Shown here piece after piece: positions 25,331-36,638 of a stretch of DNA of 64,000 bases (positions are counted from its first letter, which is position 1; each line of letters begins with the position of its first letter). The stretch spans positions 26,102,001 to 26,166,000 of the forward strand of contig OX597837.1 in NCBI GenBank assembly GCA_951406725.2, in the 5' to 3' direction. The notes under the pieces were generated by a model. The model had not been told where the DNA came from and ran no database searches. It saw nothing but the letters and a program-made list of their open reading frames with translations. The stretch comes from Octopus vulgaris (Eukaryota). The position numbers and the translations under genes are program-made.

Positions 25331-25715
25331 TGGAAGCACTCCATCGGTTACGACGATGAGGGTTCCGGTTGATCCGAATCAACGGAACAGCCTGCTCGTG
25401 AAATTAACGTGTAAGTGGCTGAGCACTCCACAGACACGCGCACCCTTAACGTAGTTTTCGGGGATATTCAGCATGACACAGAGAGTGACAAGGCCGGCCC
25501 CTTGAAATACAGGTACAACAGAAACAGGAAGTAAGAGTGAGAGAAAGTTGTGGTGAAAGAGTACAGCAGGGATCACCACCATCCCCTGCCAGAGCCTCGT
25601 GGAGCTTTTAGGTGTTTTCGCTCAATAAACACTCACAACGCCCGGTCTTGGAATCGAAACCGTGATCCTATGACCGTGAGTCCGCTGCCCTAACCACTGG
25701 GCCACTGCCCCTCCA
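25331..25715 (-). mobile_element. SINE C, tail type 3
   Basis: C head, then tail ggccggccttgtcactctctgtg...cacgttaatttcacgagcagg...gatggagtgcttcc. Confidence 0.9.
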
Positions 25716-26002
25716 CACACACACACATATATGATGATTAAACAGAAATTAAATGTTGATATCACAAAAACTGACTTGCTCTTGGAATAATGGATAAGGT
25801 AAGTTCTAAGAGGACATCTATTAATATTCCTGAGAATTGAGTAAGTGGATCACAGAATTAGTTGAACACTGAATAATACTGCCTTGTCATTAGATCAACA
25901 TTATCATTTCACACCTGCTTTAAATGTCGGCATGGGTCAGATGAGTGAACATGGTCTGAGGTGGTATATATTCAACGTAACAGTGGATGGTAGTAGTAAT
26001 AG

Positions 26003-26039
<37 letters not shown>

Positions 26040-26217
26040 AATTATACCTATTATATACATTATATTATTTTTGTAATTTACTTAATCTTTACTTTTTAAT
26101 TGTTATTTTAATTTTAACTTTTCTATTATATGTAATTTTCTAGATGGTGTAATTTAGTTATTCATTTTGAATTGATAAAAGGTGATTTTTTCTAATATTT
26201 TATATATATATATATAT

Positions 26218-26362
26218 ACACTCGCGGAGTGGTTGGCGTTAGGAAGGGCATCCAGCTGTAGAAACACTGCCAGATCAGACTGGAGCCTGGTGCAGCCCCT
26301 GGCTTCCCAGACCCCGGTCGAACCGTCCAACCTGTGCTAGGACGTTAAACGATGATGATGAT
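26218..26362 (+). mobile_element. RTE 3'UTR end (family D)
   Basis: ggagtggttggcgttaggaagggcatccagc ... gacgttaaacgatgatgatg. Confidence 0.8.
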
Positions 26363-27074
26363 ATATATATATATGTATAAAAAATATATATAAAAAAATA
26401 CAAAATGGGACAAGAACGCAAAACACTCAAATAGACGACACAAAAAACAGACGGGTCATTCGAAGCCTCTAATCTTCAGTCAAGAACTGGATCATCCTTG
26501 CAATTTCGGCGTATATATATATATAGAGAGAAAGAGAGATGGGGAGAGAGGGAGATGAGCGAGGGAGGTAGAAAGCATGCGAGAGTATTCATTAGAATTT
26601 GGAACTTCGTAAGAGAGCCAAAAGTTGAAACTCTTAAGCTCTCAAAAACTACACACTTGGTATTGAGTGCTTTTGGTACTTTGTATGTAATCAATGTGCA
26701 TTCACTTATATAAGCATGTGTGTGTGTGACACTCATACACACACACACAAATACTCTCTCTTTTATACACACACATACACTGTGCCCACCAACATTTCTC
26801 CATAAGCGTTTTATCTGTGAGAAATTTCATGAAAAGCAATCTTACTGTATTTGTACCTTTCTATTATTGCTAATAACTGGGTCCTGTCTGAAGTAATCTC
26901 ATTCCGACAGAAGAAAATACCATTTGCCTCCTAAAGGAATTAGCAGCAAGAAGTATAAAAAGACAGTTTATAGAATTATCTCAACTGAATTTTGTCATTT
27001 TCCTCATATCTCTAGTTGGCTGTCCTCAAAGAATTTGTTGCCCAGAAGCAGTTCTGCAATTGTGAGATAGATAA

Positions 27075-27760
27075 AGTGGTAGTAGTTGTAGTAGTGGCGA
27101 TGGTGGTGGTAGTGGTAGTGGTGGTGGTAGTAGTGGTGGTGGTTGTAGTGGTAGTAGTGGTGGTGGTGGTGGTAGTAGTGGTGGTGGTAGAGGTGAAAGT
27201 GGTGGTGGTGGTAGAGGTGAAAGTGGTGGTGGTAGAGGTGAAAGTGGTGGTGGTAGTAGAGGTTTTAGTAGCGGTGGTGTTAGATGTGTTAGTAGTGGTG
27301 GAGGTGAAAGTAGTGGTGGTGGTGGTGGTAGTGATAGTAGTAGAGGTTTTTAGTAGTGGTAGTGGTGGAGGTGAAAGTGGTGGTGGTAGTAATAGCAGTG
27401 ACGGTAATAGAGGTTTTAGTAGTGGTGGTGGTAGTAGTAGTTGTGGTGCTGGTGGAGGTGAAAGTAGTGGTGGTAGTAATAGGAGTGATGGTAGTAGAGG
27501 TCTTAGTAGTGGTGGTGTTAGCTGTGTTAGTAGTGGTGGAGGTGAAAGTAGTGGTGGTGGTGGTAGTAATAGTAGTGATAGTAGTAGAGGTTTTTAGTAG
27601 AGGTGGTGGTGGTAGTAATAGCAGTGATGGTAGTAGAAGATTTAGTAGTGGTGGTGTTAGCCATGTTAGTAGTGGTGGTGTGGTGGTAGTAGTAGTAGTA
27701 GTAGATGAAATAGTAGTGGTGGTGGTGATAGTGACTGTAATAGTGGTGGTGTTAGTAGTG
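27075..27760. repeat. (GTG/GTA)n tract with gaggtgaaa higher-order units
   Basis: Directly visible. Confidence 0.9.
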
Positions 27761-27964
27761 GGAGGCGGAGGAGGTGAGGGTTTAAAGAGATTCAGAAATG
27801 GATTTTTCTGGATGTTGGCATTAAACAGGCAACAGAGATGGCAGTGAATGATAAGGTGGTGGTTGATGCAGGACAAGGACGGCCTTCTTGCCTCTGGCCT
27901 TTTTAAGTACACAACACAATGGAAGTAAGGTTTCCAATAAAGTATAGGGGGTGGAGGAAAGAGA

Positions 27965-29160
27965 GAGAGAAGGGAGGCAGAGCAGAAGAGGGGGGGAAAT
28001 TGGAAGTGGGGGGAGGGAACAGGGAGAGACAAGAGGGGGAGTGGAAAGACAGTGAGAGAAGGGGTGAGGGAAAGGGAAGAGGTAGAGAAGGAGGAGGAAG
28101 AGAGAGAGAGAGAGAGAAAGAGAGAAGGGAGGCAGAGCAGAAGAGGGGGAAATTGGAAGTGGGGGGAGGGACAGGGAGAGATAAGAGGGGGAGTGAAAAG
28201 ACAGTGAGAGAAGGGGTGAGGGCAAAGGAAGAGGTAGAGAAGGAGGAGGAAGAGAGAGAGAGAAAGAGAGAGAGAGAGAGCGGGAGGCAGATCAGAAGAG
28301 GGGGGAAATTGAAAGTGGGGTGGGAGGGAGGGAACAGGGAGAGACAAGAGGGGGAGTGGAAAGACAGTGAGAGAAGGGGTGAGGGAAAGGGAAGAGGTAG
28401 AGAAGGAGGAGGAAGAGAGAGAGAGAGACGGGAGGCAGAGCAGAAGAGGGGGAAATTGGAAGTGGGGGGAGGGAACAGGGAGAGACAAGAAGGGGAGTGG
28501 AAAGATAGTGAGAGAAGGGATGAGGGCAAGGGAAGAGGTAGAGAAGGAGGAGGAAGAGAGAGAGAGAGAGAGACGGGAGGCAGAGCAGAAGAGGGGGGAA
28601 ATTGGAAGTGGGGGGAGGGAACAGGGAGAGACAAGAAGGGGAGTGGAAAGATAGTGAGAGAAGGGATGAGGGAAAGGGAAGAGGTAGAGAAGAAGGAGGA
28701 GGAAGAGAGAGAGAGAGAAACGGGAGGTAGAGCAGAAGAGGGGGGAAATTGGAAGTGGGGGGAGGGAACAGGGAGAGATAAGAGGGGGAGTGGAAAGACA
28801 GTGAGAGAAGGGATGAGGGCAAGGGAAGAGGTAGAGAAGGAGGAGGAAGAGTGAGAGAGAGAGAGAGAGAGACGGGAGGCAGAGCAGAAGAGGGGGGAAA
28901 TTGGAAGTGGGGGGAGGGAACAGGGAGAGACAAGAGGGGGAGTGGAAAGATAGTGAGAGAAGGGATGAGGGAAAGGGAAGAGGTAGAGAAGAAGGAGGAG
29001 GAAGAGAGAGAGAGAGAGAGAGACGGGAGGCAGAGCAGAAGGGGGGGAATTGGAAGCGGGGGGAGGGAACAGGGAGAGACAAGAGGGGGAGTGAAAAGCC
29101 GGTGAGAGAAGGGGTGAGGGAAAGGGAAGAGGTAGAGGAGGAGGTGGAGAGAGAGAGAGG
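27965..29160. repeat. Polypurine satellite, 145-155-bp unit x8
   Basis: gggaggcagagcagaagagg starts at about 27972, 28127, 28282, 28430, 28575, 28722, 28874 and 29025. Confidence 0.95.
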
Positions 29161-29431
29161 TGGTAGGTAAGTAGAGAGAGATAATGGCAAGAAAGGAGAG
29201 AAAGGGAAAGGAACAGGGGGTGAGAATGATAAACACACACACACACACACACACACACAGAAGAGAGAAGTCCACTCAGCTTTGCATGCCAAAAGCCTTG
29301 GATACTCAGTAAAAAAAAAAGGTATCCTTGAAAGTAACCTGTGCATTTGTTGAAAAGCACAAGAGGGGTCACACGAGGAACAAGCATGTGGCACTAGTAG
29401 TTGACCCCCAAATAATAATAATAATAATAAT

Positions 29432-30092
29432 CATACTGCAGAATATGTGGAGATGGACAAGAAACAATAAATCATATTATCTCTGGCTGCCCAGTCCTGG
29501 CTAAGAAGGAATACATTCACAGAGACGACAGAGTTGGGACCTATGTACACTGGAAGTTATGCCAACACTATGGAATAACAACAGAAAAAAGATGGTATAG
29601 GCACACGCCAGAAAAGGTCACAGAAAATGAGAAAGCAACCATACTCTGGGATATGCCAATACACACAGATAGAGAAATCAAGGCCAATAGGTCAGATATA
29701 GTTGTCAGAGATCATGAAGAAAAAAAATGCTTTCTAATTGATGTATCAATATCAGCAGATGACAACGTTTCTCTAAAAGAAATGGAGAAACTTTCAAAAT
29801 ACAAAGACCTGGAAATAGAGGTAACCAGAATGTGGAATCTATAAACAGAAACAATTCCTATCATAGTAGGTGCATTAGGTATGATAAAAAAATATTCAAA
29901 CAAATACATAAGAAAAACACCAGGACTTACAAACACATATAACATACAGATAATTGCACTACTAGGCACTGCACAGAACACTTTCCATACAATAACCATC
30001 AGAGCATCACAACAAATCACAGCACATACCCAAGGCACACAGAGCTGCGCTTGGTAGTGAAGTGAAAGCACGATATAAAAATAAAACTACTG
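29432..30092 (+). mobile_element. 5'-truncated R4/Dong-clade non-LTR retrotransposon (CCHC knuckle plus restriction-like endonuclease), pseudogenised
   Basis: CRICGDGQETINHIISGC (CX2CX8HX4C), WDMPIHTDREIKANRSDIVV..LIDV..EKLSKYKDL, an in-frame stop, then PIIVGALG. (AAT)n on both flanks. Confidence 0.9.
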
Positions 30093-30173
30093 AATAATAA
30101 TAATAATCATCATCCAACTCTTATTTACATTATTTAGAATTGACGGATATTTGTCCTCATTTTGTTTGTTGTT

Positions 30174-30219
30174 GACACAACGTTTCGGCTGATATACCCT
30201 CCAGCCTTCATCAGGTGTC
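30174..30219 (-). ncRNA. Minimal type I hammerhead ribozyme (PLE-type)
   Basis: gacac-CUGAUGA-a-ggcug-[loop]-cagcc-GAAA-cg-UU-guguc: 5-bp stem I, 5-bp stem II, palindromic AACGUU helix III. Confidence 0.75.
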
Positions 30220-30397
30220 TTGGGGAAATTTTGAACCTGAGTTCTCATTCCTAAGGTATATTTTGATGTTGTTGTTATTATTATTATTCAGGTCACTGCC
30301 TGGAATTGAACTTAGAATCTTGGGGCTAGTAGACTGCGCTCTTAACCACTATGCCATATACCTTAGGAATGAGAAACCAGATTCGAAATTTCCCCAA

Positions 30398-30446
30398 GAC
30401 ACCTGATGAAGGCTGGGTGGACGAGTATCAGCCGAAACGTTGTGTT
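30398..30446 (+). ncRNA. Minimal type I hammerhead ribozyme (second, inverted copy)
   Basis: gacac-CUGAUGA-a-ggcug-[loop]-cagcc-GAAA-cg-UU-guguu, with an intact core. Confidence 0.7.
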
Positions 30447-30968
30447 AACAACAAACAAGATGAGGACAAATATCCATCAATTGTAAACAGTGTAAATGAT
30501 ATACATAATTCCCCATTTCTTAAATATAGAACTGTACAACCCAACTCTGTTGTAACACTGTATTCCTACCAACCACTCAAAGAACACAATATGGCCATGT
30601 GCAAATCGCTGTTGCACCTCAACTACACAGGCCCTTGCTGATTACCGATATTAAGTACAAGTCTAAGAGAATGTCCAACTATCAGCAACTCGGTCAGTCG
30701 TGACCCCCCCCCACCATCAACTTCGGGGGGGGGCACATCTATCCTTGGATTATTATTTCTCTCCTCCACCCCGACCTCTCTCCTTCCAATCTACAAGTTC
30801 ATTGTAACCAGGTCAAAAATCTTTAAAGAATTGATGTCAAAGGAAAGAAGTTCTCTTTCAAAGATTTTAGCCATTAATTTCCATTCAACTTTCTGCCATT
30901 TCTTCTGGTTTACTCATTAAAAAAAGGGAGGAGGGAAAAAAAATTCTTTTCTTTAATTCCATTATTAC

Positions 30969-31000
<32 letters not shown>

Positions 31001-31676
31001 GCTTCTTCTTCTAGAAGCAATGTTTGACAGCTGTAGCCTCCTCTTGTTACATGTGTCACTGGTGCTGGGAGCAGGGGGGGGTCGGTCGGTGTTTGGGGGT
31101 GGTGGCGAGGTGGACGGGGGGGGGGGGGCAGGGTGTCCCCCCTTCTTGTCTTGCTATGTTCACCCATCATTTAACATAACAGTTGTAGCTGTGTAGAAAG
31201 CAAAAGAAGCTAATCTCTTACATAGACTTTCCATGTTCTTCATGTTTTTTCCCATTCCTGATACAACCCAGATAATAGCATCGACTACACCCCCGTCCCC
31301 ATCCCGCCACCCCTCTTCCCCCCCTTCCGCCTTGTTATTATTGTCATTCTTCAGTTTCTTCCTTCTTCCTCTCGCTGTCTCTGTCTCTCTCTATTAGGAA
31401 TATGTCCTTCCATAGTCAACAGAAGTGAGATCTTTATATATATTTATTCTTATTGTATGCTTATTATCTATAGAGGATTTTTTTTATTGTTGTATATTTT
31501 TTTAGTTATTCACTTTTCTTTCCTTTTTTTTTTTAAAGGATTTTTACCAATTCCTTGCTTATAAAAAAATAGATTTTATATTTTCAGATTGTCTTTGCGT
31601 CTTTTATTACGAAGAAACTTAGCAGCCATAAGGCTAAAGGTGTTAGGGTTTTGTTATACTGGAATGCTATTGGCTA

Positions 31677-32049
31677 CTCTTTTACTTGTTTCAGTCATTT
31701 GACTGCAGCAATGCTGGAGCACTGCCTTTAGTCGAGCAAATCGACCCCGGGACTTATTCTTTGTAAGCCCAGTACTTATTCAATCAGTCTCTTTTGCCGA
31801 ACCGCTAAGTAACGGGGACATAAACACACCAGCATCGGTTGTCAAGCAATGCTAGGGGGACAAACACAGACACACAAACATATATACGACAGGCTTCTTT
31901 CAGTTTCCGTCTACCAAATCCACTCACAAGGCTTTGGTCGGCCTGAGGCTATAGTAGAAGACACTTGCCCAAGATGTCACGCAGTGGGACTGAACCCGGA
32001 ACCATGTGGTTGTTTAGCAAGCTACTTACCACACAGCCACTCCTGCGCC
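31677..32049 (-). mobile_element. SINE A flanked by a ~190-230-bp direct duplication
   Basis: 31488-31676 is repeated at 32054-32282. Confidence 0.9.
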
Positions 32050-32285
32050 TATATGTTGTATATTTTTTTAGTTATTCACTTTTTCTTTTCTTTTTTTTTT
32101 CAAAGGATTTTTACCAATTCCTTGATTATAAAAAAAAATAGATTTTATATTTTCAGATTGTCTTTGTGTCTTTTATTACAAAGAAACTTAGCAGCTAAAG
32201 GTGTTAGGGGTTAGCCATATTTAAATGGCAAATATACATCACGATGTCTTAGGGTTTTGTTATACTGGAATGCTATTGGCTAGAT

Positions 32286-32574
32286 CAGTGGTTTTCAACC
32301 AGGGTTCCGCGGAACCTTAGGGTTCCGCCAGTACAGTCCAGGGGTTCCGATACTGGAATGCTATTGGCTAGATCAGTGGTTTTCAACCAGGGTTCCGCCA
32401 GTGCAGTCCAGGGGTTCCGCAAGAAGTTACAAAACTGCTAAAATCGGCAGTAATTTTTAATTCTCCTGTGCAGATATGTGTGCTTAAGACTATTAAATTA
32501 TTGCACAGGGGTTCCTCGAGCCAGTGGAATGTTTCCTTGGGGTTCCGCTCCAGCAAAAAGTTTGAAAAGCACTG
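32286..32574. mobile_element. hAT (Charlie-like) MITE with a duplicated left end
   Basis: TIRs CAGTGGTTTTCAA / TTGAAAAGCACTG, 8-bp TSD ggctagat, second left end at 32374. Confidence 0.85.
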
Positions 32575-32659
32575 GGCTAGATTAATGTACTTTAACCCTA
32601 GGTTTAATCTGTAATGATCAGACCTGTGATCAAAAACATCTCAGTCATTACAGAATAGA

Positions 32660-32940
32660 GCTTTGACTTGGGGGAGATTTGTTACTTCTAGCAGGTATGA
32701 ACACTACATAGGTGTTCATATCATTCAGACAAGTGCATCTTGGACTACATTACTGTGTTCTACAAGTATGTGGCGAGGGAGATTTAACTGTTATTTTTAG
32801 CAGATAACTACATAGGTGTTCACATCATTCAGACAAATGTATCTTGGACTATATTATTCTGTGTTCTATAAGTATGTGACTTGAGGGAGATTTAACTATT
32901 ATTTCTAGCAGGTGACTACATGGGTGTTCATATCATTATT
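32660..32940. repeat. ~105-115-bp tandem repeat x2.5
   Basis: gggagattt..ctagcag..ctacataggtgttca..tcattcagacaa is repeated. Confidence 0.7.
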
Positions 32941-33077
32941 GGTTCATACAACTGCTGGGGTGTCATGTGATCATGTGACTGACCAGATTATCGGATTTTG
33001 TTACACATCGCTGGTCACAATGCGCTATCCAGACTATCAGATTTTGTTACACACTGCTGGTCACAATGCGCTTTGCA

Positions 33078-33687
33078 TCGAAAGTTTTCAAAAAGTTTCC
33101 ATCAAGGAGTTCTTGTACAACTGAAACTCGAGTGTCTCCTTGTTCAGATGAAAACAATTTTGGCACAAGCTTGGCAGACACACATCTCAAACCCAAATCT
33201 TCATTGATAATGGACTGAACTGAACTGTAACTACTCTGCACATCCTCTGATAACTCACAGATGGTGATTCAACGATCTTCCCTCACAGCTCCATGCACAT
33301 CTGCGAGGTTTTCTCAGTTCTGGTGGTTGCGGGTCTCCCAGAACATTTGTCAATATCAACATTTTTTCAGCCATCTTAAAAACGTTTGACCACTCGTACA
33401 CTTGTGTGCAGCTCATTCACTACTCTCCATACACTTTCTGCAACCTTGCGTGGGCCTTTGAGCAGGTATTGGCATGACAACTTTTTCTGTTATGATCAAT
33501 GCAATGATTACATGCTACACACCTTCCTTCCAAGCACTGCTGTAAACAGCAGAAGTGAGCTTCAATGTTAAAACTTAGTTCACATGCACAGTAGAGTTCA
33601 AGGTCAATATTTGTCAAACAGCTTCACTCTGTGTGTTTTAGCTTTGTTACTATGGCAACAGTCCGGATACTTATTGATCAGACCTTG
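33078..33687 (-). pseudogene. Mariner transposase relic (left TIR plus N-terminal HTH region)
   Basis: TA-CAAGGTCTGATCAATAAGTATCCGGACT end. Peptides LQKVYGE..QVYEW..SGRP..SVQSIINEDLGLRCVSAKLVPKL (WVP-like motif), with frameshifts and stops. Confidence 0.85.
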
Positions 33688-33754
33688 TATATATTTACCA
33701 TTTGAATTTATGGTTGATTTATCAAAATGCTAATGAGATAATTATAAAATAATT

Positions 33755-34094
33755 AAGGTGGCTATATGCAATATAAAACCAAAAAGGAAAAATTTAATTG
33801 TTATTAATTGTGACTGAAGGTGTCAGGTAGCACCTATATTGCTAGAAATAAGAGTTTAAAACCCTTAGAGCCACATGAAAGTACATTTTCAAGAAAAAAC
33901 TAGTCTAGTATAATGATTTAGCTTTGCTGTGGGGCAGTTACCTCCCCTGTCAGAATATGAAAATGTGCTTTCTTGCAGTTGTAAAGGTTTCTAACTCTTA
34001 TTTCTAGCAATATAGGTGCTACCTGGCACCCACAGTTACAATTAGTAACTACTGAATTGTTCCTTTTTGGTTTTATATTGTGTATAGCCTCCTT
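33755..34094. mobile_element. Foldback/MITE with ~115-bp TIRs
   Basis: 33755-33870 is the reverse complement of 33982-34094. Left flank TTAA-GG (Kolobok-like, uncertain). Confidence 0.75.
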
Positions 34095-34257
34095 TGTTAT
34101 TATATATGTGTGTGTGTGTGTATAAGTGTTCTGAGATTAGTTTAACTGTTCAGTATAATGTTGGTTTATTAGTGGTTTCCCTACATTCAACTATCACGAG
34201 ATTTAATTATCAAACGATCAATTATCAGGAAGCAATGATTTCATGTACACACACACA

Positions 34258-34442
34258 CATGCCAGCAGATGGTGTGTAAGATGTTGGCTCCAAGAGAATC
34301 CATTCAATTGGATCGATAAGGTCAATCCATTACACACACACACACACACACAAACATTGTAGTTGAGATATGCCAGCAGATGGTGTGTAAGATGTTGGCT
34401 CCAAGAGAATCCATTCAATTGGATCGATAAGGTCAATCCATT
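34258..34442. repeat. ~110-bp tandem duplication
   Basis: atgccagcagatggtgtgtaag...ggtcaatccatt occurs twice. Confidence 0.9.
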
Positions 34443-34724
34443 GTCCAGAAGAAAGCTTAATGACCACTATATTTCAATAGGTCAGCACTGTTGATCGATC
34501 TATAACAAAAAACAGGTTAGCTAGAAACTAGAGAGGCATATATCAAGCTGGTACATGTATTGACTTCTTTATATACTAGCTGGCAAAGTTGAACTCGCTT
34601 TGCAAACTACATGGCTTGAGGTTCAGTCCCACTGTATGGCACAAGAGCATGTGTTTTCTACTACAGTCCTGAGCTGACCAATGCTTTGTGAGTGGATTTA
34701 CTTGACAGAAATTTGACTTATTAA

Positions 34725-34945
34725 CCCTTTCATTACCAACCCGGCTGAAGCCAGCTCTGGCTCTTTAGTACAAATGCCTAGTTTTCATAGGTTTTGAATT
34801 AAAATCTTCCACCAAACCTTAGTCACAATTTATGTTCCTAACACTAGCTTAATGATAACTAAGTTATTTTACTAAGTTCTTTGTTATATTTAAAATAATT
34901 GAGAGAAACACAGAGCATCTCAAAATAAATACAGTAACGAAAGGG
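34725..34945. mobile_element. piggyBac-like MITE (second family)
   Basis: TTAA-CCCTTTCATTAC ... GTAACGAAAGGG-TTAA. Confidence 0.9.
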
Positions 34946-35364
34946 TTAAGGCAGTGAACTGGTAGAATTGTTAGCACACCAAACAAAATGCCTAGCGATA
35001 TTTTGTCCATCCTTATCTTTTGAGTTCAAATGCTGCCAAGGTCAATGAATTAAGTACCAGTTGATCACTGGGGTTGATATAATTGACTAACACCCCTCCT
35101 CCAAATTGCAGGCATTGTGCCTATAGTGGAAAGTATTATCATCATCACCATCATCGTTATTATTATTATTGAGTGAGAGAGCAGTGCATGCCATCATAGT
35201 GACACTGGGGTAAAATATACGAAGCCCAGTATACCCATCATGACTACCCGTCTGATAAGGGTACACTAGGCACATGCATCACAACCATGTTTGCACGACA
35301 TGGTGATCTCATATCAAGATAAACACCGCATGACTTTGCAGGTGGGAGCCCAGTTAGAATTTTC

Positions 35365-36006
35365 GGATCTTTTCGGTTTGAACGGCAGTTTTTTCTAGCG
35401 GTGTCATATGAAATTGTCACCCATAATTATGATCCTAGTATCGATCTATTGCATTTCAATCTGTTATAGGGTTAGGGTTAGGGCTAGGGGTGGGGGGAAA
35501 GGTATCTTTTTTCTTCAGAAATGTAAATAAACCCAAACTGTTTCAGCGTGGAACAAACTGCCGGCATCGGTTGTTAGTTGTCGGAGCACTGCATCCTTCA
35601 AAACTTCCATGCTTCCTGAGATTCGCCAACACTACACTTGATACACACACAAGCATATTCACTTTCCAGACATTTCTACATTACTGCATGTACTTTATAT
35701 GCACTTTCTGACAAGTTGTGGTGCACCTGAGCACTGTATACAATAATTTCATTATTATTTATTATTTTAAACGAGGGACATATTCATACGGCACAGAATA
35801 TTTTCACCTCAATAGACGTCTTTGATTGGTTGAAATTGCAGAAATTGAAGAAAAAACCCCAAATATCTTACAAACTATAGAATTTTCTCAATAATGTCAA
35901 GAGAAAAAGATGTTATATAAACACATTCTATCAGTATATGAAGTTTAAAAGTGTTTTGTTACGTAGAAATTATTTTAAAAAACTGCCGTTCAAACTGAAA
36001 AGATAC
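35365..36006. mobile_element. Merlin-like non-autonomous DNA transposon containing TTAGGG-like repeats
   Basis: ~30-bp TIR GGATCTTTTCGGTTTGAACGGCAGTTTTTT, 8-bp TSD gaattttc/aaattttc, tagggttagggttagggctaggg at about 35467-35489. Confidence 0.7.
35543..35765 (+). mobile_element. CR1/L2-clade LINE 3' end nested in the Merlin-like element
   Basis: SAWNKLPASVVSCRSTASFK (WNxLP..FK motif), then 3'UTR and (ATT)n tail. Confidence 0.75.
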
Positions 36007-36214
36007 AAATTTTCTTCTGGTCAATATTATTATTATTATTATTTAACAACTATTTTGCTGGAGAATGTAATGAAGTGTCAGCTGTTCACAATCCGTCAAC
36101 AACGGTCACATTCTTCATTCAGATTTTGAGAACTCGGCGGAGGATTCGGCGCAATTCCAAGCAGCACTGTTTGCTGTAGATGTGGTATTTTTTTTTTTTT
36201 TAATTTTTTTTTTT

Positions 36215-36420
36215 TTACTTGTCTTCAGTCATTTGACTGTGGCCATGCTGGAGCACCACCTTTGATTGAGCAACTCGACCCCGGGACTTATTCTTTGTAA
36301 GCCCAGTACTTATTCTATCGGTCTCTTTTGCCGAACCGCTAAGTGACGGGGACATAAACACACCAGCATTGGTTGTCAAGCAATACTAGGGGGACAAACA
36401 CAGACGCACAAACACACACG

Positions 36421-36472
<52 letters not shown>

Positions 36473-36638
36473 TACGACGGGCTTCTTTTGGTTTCCGTCT
36501 ACCAAATCCACTCACAAGGCTTTGGTCGGCCCGAGGCTATAGTAGAAGACACTTGCCCAAGGTGCCACGCAGTGGGATTGAACCCGGAACCATGTGGTTG
36601 GTAAGCAAGCTACTTACCACACAGCCACTCCTGCGCCT
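36215..36638 (-). mobile_element. SINE A
   Basis: Family consensus match. Confidence 0.9.

Larger units (their letters stand above)
30123..30500 (-). mobile_element. tRNA-headed element with a Penelope-type hammerhead module in inverted duplication
   Basis: Arms 30123-30260 and 30357-30498 are reverse complements. The spacer holds (minus strand) A-box TGGCATAGTGG, B-box AGTTCAATTCC and an (AAT)n linker. Confidence 0.75.
35171..36025 (-). mobile_element. Family F (AAT-associated element), 3' part, interrupted by a TIR element
   Basis: Reverse complement of about 62445-62644, with (TTA)n on both sides. Confidence 0.8.

Noticed and set aside
26395-26512. Minus-strand GAAA and CTGAAGA words, possible PLE pLTR or hammerhead
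   Set aside because: Could not build stems I and II, too truncated to call
27289-29394. 701-, 494-, 327- and 311-aa ORFs
   Set aside because: Translations of the polypurine satellite and GTG tract with no domain signal
35467-35490. Telomere or chromosome-fusion site
   Set aside because: Only ~4 imperfect units, and they are internal to a TIR element
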